Assembly (NCBI GenBank): GCA_048388685.1
Contig: DBGCTZ010000022.1
Coordinates: 21,382-85,381, forward strand
Reading direction: 5' to 3'
Length of the DNA stretch: 64,000 nt
Source: Akkermansia sp.
Lineage (GTDB): Bacteria > Verrucomicrobiota > Verrucomicrobiia > Verrucomicrobiales > Akkermansiaceae
A program made the translations under genes and the position numbers. Positions 19,416 to 29,178 of the stretch are shown here, in pieces. Position 1 is the first letter of the stretch. Every line of letters begins with the position of its first letter. Under the pieces are notes generated by a model that was given only the letters and a program-made list of their open reading frames with translations, searched no databases and was not told the origin of the DNA.

Positions 19416-21320
19416 ATGTCAAAACGCTTTTTTGTCTTGTTGCTGGCCCTGGGCGCCGGCGTGTGGAATGCTCCTGCCGCGGAGAAGGAGGGGGCTGGCG
19501 CCTTGCCGTCTCCGGCCTCCGCTTCCCGGGAAGGGGCGGATTTTACCCGCCTGCCCGTGAGCTGGACGGTGAATCCCAGGGATGCCGCCAACGCCCGCGC
19601 CGCGTGGAAGGCGCTGGAAGCCTACCATCAGGGCAAGCCCAGGTCTTCCAGAAAACTGCATGTAGTTTATGTAACGTTCAAGGACAGGCCGGCGTTGGAC
19701 GGATACCGGGAACGGTATGACCATATCCTGAAAAACATCCAGGCCTATTACGCGGACCAGATGCAGGCCAACGGTTTTCCTCCGCTCACGTTCCAGCTTG
19801 ACCTGGACGACCGGGGAAAGCTCGTCATTTATGATGCCTATGTGGACAAGCCCATGAGCGAGATGAACGTGCAGAGTTCCGGTCCCGTCTCCCGTGAAGC
19901 TGCCAGGAAGGTGCTGGCTTCCAAGGGCATTGACATTGAAAAGGAGCACGTGCTGATCATCTGCCAGCTTCCGGACGGCGTGGGGCCTTATTACGGCGGC
20001 GGCTTCAGCCACCAGGGCACAGGCTGGACGTGTGACCAGGAAGGCCTGGACCCGGCCAGTTTCCTGGATAAGGAAATGATGCAGGGCGGCCGCTTCAAGG
20101 TGACCAGGGGAAAGAACGCCACCATTTACATCGGCGGCACGGCCCATGAGCTGGGGCACTCCTTCGGCCTTCCCCATACGGGCAACGGCTGGGATTACCC
20201 CGATGCGGGGGATTCCCTGATGGGCCATGGCAATTCCTCGTACGGCAATGAACTGCGCAACGAGGGGAAGGGCGCCTACCTGGCGCCTACGGACGCCCTG
20301 AAACTGGCCAGCGTGCCGCTGTTCAACGGGGTGGAGACGGAGCTTCCCGCGGACGCCTCCTACGGGCGCATGATCGGCAAGTACGTTCCGGGCTCCTATG
20401 AACGGCTGGAGGCCATTCCCGTCAAGGAAGGCTTGCGGTTGAAGGGCCAGGTACGCCTGACGCGCCCCGCTTACGGCATCGTGGTCCACCTGGACCCTCC
20501 CGGCGGTTCGGACTATGATTCCAATGCCGTGGGCGCCTCCCTGAATGAAAAGGGGGAATTTGACCTCACCATCTGCCGGCCCGGCTACAAGGGCGGCTTT
20601 ATTGAAATGAGGGTGGCGGTGCTCAACTGTGACAGCACCCGCAGCATGATTACACTGCCCGTGTGGATGGATGCGCAGGGCGCCAGGGTTCCTTCCCTGG
20701 CCCAGACCGTTTACTTCGGGGACGTGCAGAACCTGTGGATGCGCGGCAGCATGAAGGAAGCCGGGAAGGCCCTCGCGGAGGTGGAGCGCAAGCATGGCTC
20801 CCGTCCGGAGGTGAAGGAATGGCTTCCCATCTGGAAGCGCGCCCTGGATCGCCAGGACCCGTCTCTGGAGGCCACCCCGGCCCAGATCCCGGCGGAGACC
20901 GCCAGCATCAGCCTGAATGACTGCAAGCCCTCCGTGGCGCAGGTGGGCTGGGCCGTTCCCCTGTGGGATGCCCTCTTCCCGTCGGACCTGGGCCCCGTGC
21001 CCTTCTTCCGGACGATTGGAAAGCCGGACCGCTTCATCCTGGCGCATGCCCCGGCCGTCTTTTCCTATGACCTGGATGGCCGCTGGAAGGAATTCCGCGC
21101 GGACGTGGGGCTTCCCTTCGGTTCCCGCGGCAGCGTCAAATTCAGCGTGTACCTGGACGGCAACAAGCTTTTTGAATCCCCCGTGCTCAAGGATGGTTCC
21201 TCCGTTCCCGTGAAGGCGGCGGTGGAGGGCGGCAAGAAGCTGGAAATCCGCGTGGATGACGCCGGAGACGGCAATACCGCTGACTGGGGCATTATTGCCA
21301 ACGGCATTCTGACCCGGTAA
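19416..21320 (+). CDS. Secreted metzincin-like peptidase with a C-terminal NPCBM/CBM51 domain (putative mucin O-glycopeptidase)
   Basis: Signal peptide, HELGHSFGLPH zinc motif, Met-turn SLMG, C-terminal AHAPA...YDLDG...F.ADVG...GSVKF...DAGDGNTADWG (NPCBM). Confidence 0.85.
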   Translation: MSKRFFVLLLALGAGVWNAPAAEKEGAGALPSPASASREGADFTRLPVSWTVNPRDAANARAAWKALEAYHQGKPRSSRKLHVVYVTFKDRPALDGYRERYDHILKNIQAYYADQMQANGFPPLTFQLDLDDRGKLVIYDAYVDKPMSEMNVQSSGPVSREAARKVLASKGIDIEKEHVLIICQLPDGVGPYYGGGFSHQGTGWTCDQEGLDPASFLDKEMMQGGRFKVTRGKNATIYIGGTAHELGHSFGLPHTGNGWDYPDAGDSLMGHGNSSYGNELRNEGKGAYLAPTDALKLASVPLFNGVETELPADASYGRMIGKYVPGSYERLEAIPVKEGLRLKGQVRLTRPAYGIVVHLDPPGGSDYDSNAVGASLNEKGEFDLTICRPGYKGGFIEMRVAVLNCDSTRSMITLPVWMDAQGARVPSLAQTVYFGDVQNLWMRGSMKEAGKALAEVERKHGSRPEVKEWLPIWKRALDRQDPSLEATPAQIPAETASISLNDCKPSVAQVGWAVPLWDALFPSDLGPVPFFRTIGKPDRFILAHAPAVFSYDLDGRWKEFRADVGLPFGSRGSVKFSVYLDGNKLFESPVLKDGSSVPVKAAVEGGKKLEIRVDDAGDGNTADWGIIANGILTR

Positions 21321-21397
21321 ATTTCCGCTCCACTGGCGGAGAAATATGACATTAGGCTTGTCTTTTGTCCTTTCTCATAGTGTTCTGTGGACTAGCC

Positions 21398-23788
21398 ATG
21401 ATTGGGATGAATGCAAAGCTATGGGGTGCGGCGGTGCTGATCGCCGGGGCTCCCCTGTTTGCAGAGACGCCCGCGGAACAATCCCCGGCTCCCGCACCCG
21501 CCCAAACCGGGGAGGAAAAACCCCGGGAGGAAATGATGGGAAATCTCCTTTCCGGCACGCTTGTTCCGCAGATACCCTCCAATATCTCCATCACCAATGA
21601 CGGCCCCATCAGCGTGGAGAACTTCAAGAAAATCATCTTTGAAGGCCCGCGCGTTCACATGGTTACGGATACGGGGGTGGAAGTGTTTGCGGATTACGCC
21701 CAGGCGGACCTGGACCAGAACAAGGTCTTCCTGAAAGGCAACCTGGCCATTTACCAGAGTGACAGCAGAACGCGCACCAACAGCCTGGTACGCGCCAATA
21801 CCGCGGAGTTTGACTGGGAGAACGAGGTGCTTCTCACGGATGCCATCAAGGCGAAGATGGAAGGGCTGATCCTGCGCAGCGGAAAGTTTGAATCCCGTAA
21901 GGACGCCGCGGGCAATACTTATCTGGAAGCTCTGGATGCCTCCGTCACGGCGGAGGACGTGAGCGAGCCCCTCACCTGGATTTCAGCGGACAGGATACGC
22001 GTTTATCCGGAGGACAGGTTCTCCTTCAAGAACCTGACCCTGTATTACAGGGGCGTTCCCTTCTTTTACTTTCCCTACCTCAGCCACTCCCTGAATCCGG
22101 AGGTGGGCTATCTTCCTCTGCCCGGCATGCGGTCCATCTGGGGGCCTTACCTGCTGAATGAATACGGGTTCCTGCTGGGGAAAAAATGGTCGGACAACGG
22201 CATGCCTTCCGCGGACTACCTGGGCACCCTGCATCTGGACTACCGCACCAGGCGCGGCTTTGCCTACGGGCTGGACATCCGTGACGTGCTGCTGGAAAAG
22301 GAATGTCCGGACATGACGGGGCTGTCCTTTTACAAGACCCGTGACAAAGGGGTGAAGATCAACGCCGGGGATGATGAATCCCGCGAACACCTTGATCCGG
22401 ACCGCTGGCGCCTGGCGCTTCAGCAAATGTGGTCCCACCGGGTGAATTCACGTACGGACTGGCGGCTGAAGGCCAACGTCAACATGCTGAGCGACGAGTA
22501 CATGCTGCGTGACTTTTATCCGGAAATCTATCAGCGCAATTCTTCTCCGGATAACACGGTGCTCATCTCCCGCACGGATGACACCAATGATTTTTCCCTG
22601 CTTCAGCGTTTCGTTCCCAACAACTTTTACATGGCGGACCAGCGGACGGAGTTCAGTTATGAACGGATCAAGTCCCCTGTTTTCCGTTCTCCCGTCATGT
22701 ATGAGAGCCGCACCAGCTTCGCGTTCCTCAAGCAGTACGTCCCTCCCTTCATGCGGACGGGAATCCGGGATATGCTGGATGACCTGGAGCCCGGAACCAC
22801 TTCCTATGATTACTGGGCGCGCATGCTGATGACGGACAGCTACAGCCGGTTCCATTCCTACCATGAGATTTCCGCTTCCCAGAAAATCATGGGCTTTCTG
22901 AATGTGACGCCCAAGGTGGGCGGGGGCTACACGGGGTATTACGGCGTGGATGACTACAAGCCGCTCAACCAGGGGATTTTTTATGCGGGCACGGATGCGG
23001 ACTTCAAATTTTCCCGCCGTTATTCCTCCGTGTACAGTGATTCCATGGGGCTGAACGGCATGAACCACATCGTGCAGCCCCACTTCACGCTGGCGTACGT
23101 GAAGACCAACCGTTTGAGTGAGCTTTACCCCCAGATTGACGGGGACACCCCTACCACCAATCCGCCGTCCCTGAGCCTGGGCAGGTACACGGAAATTGAC
23201 TCCCTGCCCACGGGGCTGGTCTTCCGCTACGGGCTGCGCAACATGCTCATGACCAGCCGGGACTCCAATTCCCACCGCTGGTTCTCCTGGGACGTGTTCA
23301 TGGACGCGTACCTGTATGACCCGGTCAATCAGCGGGACTTCTCCAACCTCTTCTCCTTCATGCGCTGGAATCCCGTTCCGTGGATGGAATACCGGTCGGA
23401 AATGCAGGCCCCCATCCTGGGGAAGGATAAAATCTCCGGCTGCCATGAATACAACAATTCCCTGCGCTTCATGCCGTGGCGTTCCACGGAAATCGTGGTG
23501 GGGCACCGTTACCTGAACCAGCACTCCCTGCTGGAAGACAGCAGCCAGCTGGACCTGCGCCTCCTGCAGCGTTTCTCGGAAGACTGGGCATTCAGCGGCA
23601 AGTGGCGCTTCTCCCTGCTGGACGGCAAGCTGGACATTCAGGAATACAACGTGTACCACAACATGGGTTCCTGGTACCTGGGCGTGGGCGCGTTCGTGCG
23701 CAAAAACGGGAATAAAAATGAATTCGGCCTGGGCATCAGCTTCACGATCCAGCAGACCGGGGACTACATGCCGGTCAAGTTCCTTTGA
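21398..23788 (+). CDS. lptD: LPS-assembly protein LptD
   Basis: Signal peptide, N-terminal jellyroll-like region, GVPFFYFPY motif, long beta-barrel, about 800 aa. Confidence 0.75.
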   Translation: MIGMNAKLWGAAVLIAGAPLFAETPAEQSPAPAPAQTGEEKPREEMMGNLLSGTLVPQIPSNISITNDGPISVENFKKIIFEGPRVHMVTDTGVEVFADYAQADLDQNKVFLKGNLAIYQSDSRTRTNSLVRANTAEFDWENEVLLTDAIKAKMEGLILRSGKFESRKDAAGNTYLEALDASVTAEDVSEPLTWISADRIRVYPEDRFSFKNLTLYYRGVPFFYFPYLSHSLNPEVGYLPLPGMRSIWGPYLLNEYGFLLGKKWSDNGMPSADYLGTLHLDYRTRRGFAYGLDIRDVLLEKECPDMTGLSFYKTRDKGVKINAGDDESREHLDPDRWRLALQQMWSHRVNSRTDWRLKANVNMLSDEYMLRDFYPEIYQRNSSPDNTVLISRTDDTNDFSLLQRFVPNNFYMADQRTEFSYERIKSPVFRSPVMYESRTSFAFLKQYVPPFMRTGIRDMLDDLEPGTTSYDYWARMLMTDSYSRFHSYHEISASQKIMGFLNVTPKVGGGYTGYYGVDDYKPLNQGIFYAGTDADFKFSRRYSSVYSDSMGLNGMNHIVQPHFTLAYVKTNRLSELYPQIDGDTPTTNPPSLSLGRYTEIDSLPTGLVFRYGLRNMLMTSRDSNSHRWFSWDVFMDAYLYDPVNQRDFSNLFSFMRWNPVPWMEYRSEMQAPILGKDKISGCHEYNNSLRFMPWRSTEIVVGHRYLNQHSLLEDSSQLDLRLLQRFSEDWAFSGKWRFSLLDGKLDIQEYNVYHNMGSWYLGVGAFVRKNGNKNEFGLGISFTIQQTGDYMPVKFL

Positions 23789-24047
23789 TTGACGGAGGAG
23801 GCGTTTTTCCGTGCCCCTGTGAATGGGCGCATGAAGCTTTTCCGGGCGGGAAGAGCGGGCGGCGGCCATGCATGATCCAGATGCCGCAAGGGCTTGCGCG
23901 TTTGTGCCGGAACCTTGGCTTGCATTCCGGAAGGGAAAGAAGGAAGATGCCATGAGATGGGACCAACCCTGGCGGATGCCGTCACGGGAGCGCCGTCCGG
24001 CGCCCGGCATCCGCGGAAGGCCCCCAACCCATTATCTTATCACGAAC

Positions 24048-24689
24048 ATGAACGCTCAGGAATTGATCAAGACGCTGGAATGGCGCTACGCCACCAAGGT
24101 ATTCAACCCGGACCGCCCCATTCCGGCGGATGACTGGGAGGCCCTTCTGGAATCCCTTCATTTAAGCCCTTCCTCCCTGGGGCTCCAGATGTGGAAGTTC
24201 CTTGACGTGCAGGACCCCGCCGTGCGCGCGGAACTCCGCAAGGCCTCCTGGGACCAGTCCCAGGTCACGGACGCCTCCCATCTGGTGGTCTTCTGCGCCC
24301 GCAGGGACTTCAAGCCGGAAGACGTGCAGCGTTATCTGGAGCGCATCGTGGAGGTGCGCGGCGTCACCATGGAATCCCTGGACCAGTACCGTGCCCGCAT
24401 TTTTGAACTGGTGGATTCCAAGTCCCCGGAAGTGCTGAAAGCCTGGCTGGAACGGCAGGTGTACATCGCCCTCGGCTTCATGATGAGCTGCGCCGCGGAC
24501 CTCCGGGTGGATACCTGCGCGCTGGAAGGGATGGACCCCGCGGCCTATGACCGCATTCTGAAGCTGGAAGATTCCCCGTATTACACGCTCTGCGCCCTGG
24601 CCCTGGGCTACCGGAATGAAGAGGCGGACAAGTACGCCCGCCTGGCCAAGGTCCGCTTTGACCGGGACGACGTCATTCCGGTGATTTGA
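24048..24689 (+). CDS. NAD(P)H nitroreductase (NfsB-like)
   Basis: LEWRYATKVF, LSPSSLGLQ.W, QVYIALG and DTCALEG motifs. Confidence 0.9.
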   Translation: MNAQELIKTLEWRYATKVFNPDRPIPADDWEALLESLHLSPSSLGLQMWKFLDVQDPAVRAELRKASWDQSQVTDASHLVVFCARRDFKPEDVQRYLERIVEVRGVTMESLDQYRARIFELVDSKSPEVLKAWLERQVYIALGFMMSCAADLRVDTCALEGMDPAAYDRILKLEDSPYYTLCALALGYRNEEADKYARLAKVRFDRDDVIPVI

Positions 24690-25476
24690 CGGCGTGGGCC
24701 TGATTCCCGGCCTCAAGCAGTCTGCGCATGTCTTCCGGCAGGGGGGCTTCCGCGGTGAACATCTGTTCATCAAAGGGAAAGTCCAGCCGGCAGGCATGTA
24801 GCGCATGGCGCGGCAGGATGAGTTTTTCTTCCAGCTCCCGGCTCCAGCCGTGCTGGATGTAGTCCAGGTAGCACTCCCCGGAAGGGCCGTAAATCTTGTC
24901 CCCCAGGATGGGATGGCCCAGGTGCGCCAGATGCACGCGTATCTGGTGCATGCGGCCCGTCTCCGGAATGCACCGGACCAGCGCCAGCGGGCCGTGGGAA
25001 GCATTCCACGTCTGTTCCACCCGGAAAACGGTGGCGCATTCCTTCCCGGCGGGGTGGACGGCCTGCCTGACCCAGATGCGGCTTTCCGCCACGTCTCCCT
25101 GCCTCAGGATGGGGGCGGTGCAGGTGGTCTCCGTCCATTCCGGCCATCCCCGGATGATGGCCAGGTACTCCTTGTGCATCAGGCGCCGCTGCATGGCCCG
25201 TCCCAGCTGGCGTGCCGCCGCCTTGTTCTTGGCGATCAGCGTCAGGCCGCTGGTCTCCCGGTCCAGTCTGTTGACCAGGGAAAGAACCGCTCCATTGGTG
25301 ATTTCATAACTCAGCAGGGCCTCTACGCCTTCCAGCAGATGGGGCTCCTTTTTCCCGTTGGAGGGGTGGACGATGAGGGGCGCCCCCTTGTCCACCACGA
25401 TCCAGTCTCCGGACTCCGCCGCCACCTCAAAATGGGGAGAGCAGGCAATCGGTGCGTCGGAAATGGGAATCCACAT
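24673..25476 (-). CDS. RluA-family pseudouridine synthase
   Basis: VVDK, NRLDRETSG, TGRMHQIRVHLAHLGHPILGD and ALHA motifs. Confidence 0.92.
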   Translation of the reverse strand: MWIPISDAPIACSPHFEVAAESGDWIVVDKGAPLIVHPSNGKKEPHLLEGVEALLSYEITNGAVLSLVNRLDRETSGLTLIAKNKAAARQLGRAMQRRLMHKEYLAIIRGWPEWTETTCTAPILRQGDVAESRIWVRQAVHPAGKECATVFRVEQTWNASHGPLALVRCIPETGRMHQIRVHLAHLGHPILGDKIYGPSGECYLDYIQHGWSRELEEKLILPRHALHACRLDFPFDEQMFTAEAPLPEDMRRLLEAGNQAHAVKSPE

Positions 25477-25491
25477 GGCGCAGGGTGGGGC

Positions 25492-26184
25492 TTACAGCGC
25501 ATCCGGACGGATGGGCATCCAGTCCCCCGGTTCCAGATTCAGTTCATCCAGGCGCAGGGAGCCGATGGAAATGCGGCACAGGGACGCCACGGGAGCGCCC
25601 ACGGCGGCCAGCATGCGGCGCACCTGGTGGTACTTTCCTTCCGTCAGCGTCAGCCGGGCGCGGCGCGGTTCCAGGATTTCCAGGGCGGCGGGGGCGCAGG
25701 GGCGCTCCTCCCCGTCCAGCGTGAAGGTTCCGGAGGCGAACAGCTCCACGGCCTCCGCCGGGATGTCCTCCTCCGTCACGGCTTCATACACCTTCGGCAC
25801 GTGGTGCTTGGGGGAAGTCATCCGGTGGATGAACTTTCCGTCGTCCGTGATGAGAAGCAGGCCGGACGTTTCCTTGTCCAGCCGTCCTACGGAGGAAACC
25901 GCGGGATTCCTGTGCCTCCACTGGAAGGGCAGCAGGTCGTAAATCACGTCCCCCTCCCCGTCGTCATGGCTGCACGTGTACCCCAGCGGCTTGTAAAGGG
26001 CGGCGTACAGGCCGTCCGGGAATTCCACCGGCTCCCCGTCCAGCAGGATGCCGTCCGGCTGCACCTTGTCCGTGGGTGCGGTGCAGGGTTCCCCCTTGAA
26101 GGTGATGGAGTGGCGTTTGATCCAGCCCGGCGCTTCCCGCCTGGAACAGTACCCGTAGCGGGATAAAAGAGCATCCAGTCTCAT
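25492..26184 (-). CDS. RsuA-family pseudouridine synthase with an S4 domain
   Basis: MRLDALLS, YKPLGYTCS, VGRLDKETSGLLL and EGKYHQVRRM motifs. Confidence 0.92.
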   Translation of the reverse strand: MRLDALLSRYGYCSRREAPGWIKRHSITFKGEPCTAPTDKVQPDGILLDGEPVEFPDGLYAALYKPLGYTCSHDDGEGDVIYDLLPFQWRHRNPAVSSVGRLDKETSGLLLITDDGKFIHRMTSPKHHVPKVYEAVTEEDIPAEAVELFASGTFTLDGEERPCAPAALEILEPRRARLTLTEGKYHQVRRMLAAVGAPVASLCRISIGSLRLDELNLEPGDWMPIRPDAL

Positions 26185-26321
26185 GTGGCGTATTTTTTCC
26201 TAACGGGAACAAAAAACAAGGTTGAAGTATGCCTCCCCTGCTGATAGCATTAAACTATTACATGCGGGGACTCCCTGTTTGGAGTGCCGCCGTTGTTTAC
26301 CATTTACGCTTATACAGTTCC

Positions 26322-27704
26322 ATGATTGAAACGATTAAAGAAGATCAGTTGACCCCGCAGCAGGCCGAATTCTGGGTGCGCGCCCGCCAGGCGGTGGACA
26401 TGAACAATTATCCTTATGCCGTCAGCCTGCTCAAGGCCCTGGTGAAGCAGCTCCCCGGCTTTCTGGAAGGCCGCAAGGCCCTGCGCGCCTGTGAAATCAA
26501 GCTGAATCCGTCAGCCAAGAAGGCCGGCCTGTTCAGCGGCATGAAAATGAGCACCAGCAAGCTCACCTCCTCCAAGAAGGATGCGGCCACCCAGCTTTCC
26601 GCGCTGGAAGACGAACTGGAAAACGATCCGTACAGCATCCCGGTAAATGAAGCCCTGTATGCGGCGGCCATGGAAGTGGGCTTCCCCGATTTGGCCGCCT
26701 TTGCGCTGGAAACCGTGCGCCAGGGCCATCCCGGCAACAAAAAAATGCTCCACATGCTGGCTTCCCATTACGTCTCCCGTGAAATGCCCGCGGAAGCGGC
26801 GGAAGTGTACCATGACATCGTGAAATTGGACCCCACGGACAGCGTGGCCGTGAAGAGTGAAAAAGACTGCATGGCTCGCGCCACGATGAAGCAGCAGAAT
26901 TGGGAGGAAGCCAAGAGCTTCAGGGACGTGATGAAGAATTCCGCGGAAACGAACTCTCTGGACAAGAGCGACAAGAAGGGCCTCACCCGCGCCGAACTGG
27001 AAGAACGCCTGGGGCTTCTCTCCGCCCGTTACGCCCAGAACCAGCAGGATCTGGCCGTCGTGCGCGACATCGCCGGCGTATATGAACAGATGGAAGACTG
27101 GGCGAATGCCTATTCCTTCTACAACTATGCGTTCAGCCTCAGCAACAATGACATTTCCCTGGAAAACAAGGCTACGGAAATGAATGAGCGCTACCGCAAG
27201 GCGCAGGTGGAGGAAATCCGCAAACGCGCCGCCGCGGACCCCGACAACAAGGAACTTCAGGAACAATTGGCCCAGTTCAGCAAGGAAGCCGCTGAACAGC
27301 AGGTGGCCCTGTACCGCCAGCGTGTGGAAAACAACCCCACGGACCCGCAGACGCGTTTCGAGCTCGGCCAGGCGCTCTTTGACTGCGGCAACTACACGGA
27401 AGCCATTCCGGAACTCCAGCGCGCGCGCAACAACCCCCATATCCGCATCCGCGCCATGCTGCTGCTCGGCAAGTGCTATGACGCCAAAAACATGCATGAC
27501 ATGGCCCTGCGCCAGTTGGAGGAAGCCAACAAGGAGCTGATTGAAATGAATGACACCAAGAAGGAAATCCTTTACATGATCGGTCTGCTTGATGAAAAGC
27601 TGGACCGGAAGGAGGAGTCCCTGGCGGCGTTCCAGCAGATTTACGACGCCGAATACGGCTACCGCGACGTAGCGGCGCGCGTGGAATCCTCCTACGGCAA
27701 ATAG
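26322..27704 (+). CDS. Tetratricopeptide-repeat protein
   Basis: Helical TPR-like repeats such as FELGQALFDCGNYTEAIPELQRA. Confidence 0.8.
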   Translation: MIETIKEDQLTPQQAEFWVRARQAVDMNNYPYAVSLLKALVKQLPGFLEGRKALRACEIKLNPSAKKAGLFSGMKMSTSKLTSSKKDAATQLSALEDELENDPYSIPVNEALYAAAMEVGFPDLAAFALETVRQGHPGNKKMLHMLASHYVSREMPAEAAEVYHDIVKLDPTDSVAVKSEKDCMARATMKQQNWEEAKSFRDVMKNSAETNSLDKSDKKGLTRAELEERLGLLSARYAQNQQDLAVVRDIAGVYEQMEDWANAYSFYNYAFSLSNNDISLENKATEMNERYRKAQVEEIRKRAAADPDNKELQEQLAQFSKEAAEQQVALYRQRVENNPTDPQTRFELGQALFDCGNYTEAIPELQRARNNPHIRIRAMLLLGKCYDAKNMHDMALRQLEEANKELIEMNDTKKEILYMIGLLDEKLDRKEESLAAFQQIYDAEYGYRDVAARVESSYGK

Positions 27705-27741
27705 GGAGTCCACCCTACCTTTGCCTGTAAGGGCGCCATCC

Positions 27742-27773
27742 AGAAGCCTCTGCCGGAAACGGCAGAGGCTTCT
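27742..27773. terminator. Strong hairpin after the TPR gene
   Basis: AGAAGCCTCTGCCG-GAAA-CGGCAGAGGCTTCT, a 14-bp perfect stem with only a weak U-tract. Confidence 0.6.
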
Positions 27774-27890
27774 CAGCTATACGCCCGGCGCCTGGGTGAA
27801 TACATCTCCGGATGGAGGGAACCCTCCATGGCGTTTCTTGGCGGACGGAAACGGGAGGTTGTGAGGGCTCCGGCAGCGGCAAGCCGGTAT

Positions 27891-27919
27891 TTGACAACGG
27901 AGTGCTTCAATAATACATT
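27891..27919 (+). promoter_or_regulatory. Sigma70-type promoter for the isochorismatase-kinase pair
   Basis: TTGACA, 17 bp spacer, TACATT. Confidence 0.7.
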
Positions 27920-27963
27920 GAAAAAGTAGCCGGCAGTAAAATAACGGGAGAGGCAAAAAACAT

Positions 27964-28503
27964 ATGCGTGCATTACTGATTATTGACGTTCAAAACGATT
28001 ACTTCCCCGGAGGCCGTTGTGAACTGGTTGGTTCCCTTCAAGCCCTTGAACGGGTTCAGGCTGTGCTGAACCGGTTCCGGGAGAAGAAATGTCCCGTTAT
28101 CTTTGTCCGGCATGTCAATACCCGTCCCGGCGCCTCCTTTTTTATCCCGGATACTCCCGGCGCCGACATCCATCCGGCTATTGCCCCCGTGGATGGCGAG
28201 CCGGTAGTGGTCAAGCACGCGCCCAACAGCTTTTTCCGGACGAATCTCCAGGAGCTTTTACAGGCGCGGGGAGTGAGTGAACTGGTGGTCTGCGGGATGA
28301 TGACCCACATGTGCATTGATACCACGGTACGCGCCGCGAAGGATGATGGCATTCCGGTGACACTGCTTTACGATGCGTGCGCTATGAAGGACCTGGAGAT
28401 CATGGGGAAATCCATCCCGGCCCACACTGCGCATGATGCCTATATGGCCGGATTGAACGGCATGTTTGCCGACGTCAGGATGACGGAGCAGCTGGAATTT
28501 TAA
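27964..28503 (+). CDS. Isochorismatase-family cysteine hydrolase
   Basis: ALLIIDVQNDYF, VVVKHAPNSFFRT and GMMTHMCIDTTVR (Asp-Lys-Cys triad). Confidence 0.92.
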   Translation: MRALLIIDVQNDYFPGGRCELVGSLQALERVQAVLNRFREKKCPVIFVRHVNTRPGASFFIPDTPGADIHPAIAPVDGEPVVVKHAPNSFFRTNLQELLQARGVSELVVCGMMTHMCIDTTVRAAKDDGIPVTLLYDACAMKDLEIMGKSIPAHTAHDAYMAGLNGMFADVRMTEQLEF

Positions 28504-28535
28504 GGTGCCCGTGCGCCTGTCAGGAGGGATTTCCG

Positions 28536-29051
28536 ATGATTCTATTGATTGGCGGCAGCTCGCATACGGGGAAAACGCTTGCGGCACAGCGGGTGCTGGA
28601 AAAGTACTCCTATCCCTATTTATCCATTGACCATTTAAAGATGGGCCTGATCCGCAGCGGAATGTGTTCCCTGACGCCTGAAAGTTCCGCCGGGGAACTG
28701 ACTCCCTATCTATGGAACATCATCCGGGAAATCGTCAAAACCGCGATCGAAAACGGCCAGAATCTGGTGGTGGAAGGCTGCTATATTCCCTTTGACTGGA
28801 AGAAGGATTTTGATTCCGCCTGCCGGGAGCAGATTCGTTACGTGTGCCTGATTTTTTCAGAGGACTACATTCAGCGGCATTACCATGACATCATGAACCA
28901 TGAAAACGTGATGGAGCGGCGCATGGAAGATGCCTCCTGCACGCAGGAGAGGCTGCTGCGTGAAAACAGGGAGAACCTGGAGGAGTGCAAGCGGCACGGC
29001 TGTGACTATATGCTGATTGACGGTTCTTACAACGTGGATATTGCACTGTAA
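28536..29051 (+). CDS. P-loop kinase-like protein (adenylate/2-phosphoglycerate kinase fold)
   Basis: MILLIGGSSHTGKT Walker A, SIDHLKMGLIRS, LVVEGCYI. Confidence 0.85.
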   Translation: MILLIGGSSHTGKTLAAQRVLEKYSYPYLSIDHLKMGLIRSGMCSLTPESSAGELTPYLWNIIREIVKTAIENGQNLVVEGCYIPFDWKKDFDSACREQIRYVCLIFSEDYIQRHYHDIMNHENVMERRMEDASCTQERLLRENRENLEECKRHGCDYMLIDGSYNVDIAL

Positions 29052-29178
29052 CAGACGGCGGTTATCACGGTTCCGCTGTTCCGGGAGGGGGAAACGGTGA
29101 TAAATCCCCTGCATCTTCATTTTGCCCTTGCTCCTTGAAAGGGAAATGTTAGCGTGAATTATAGTGAAAACTGCCCCT

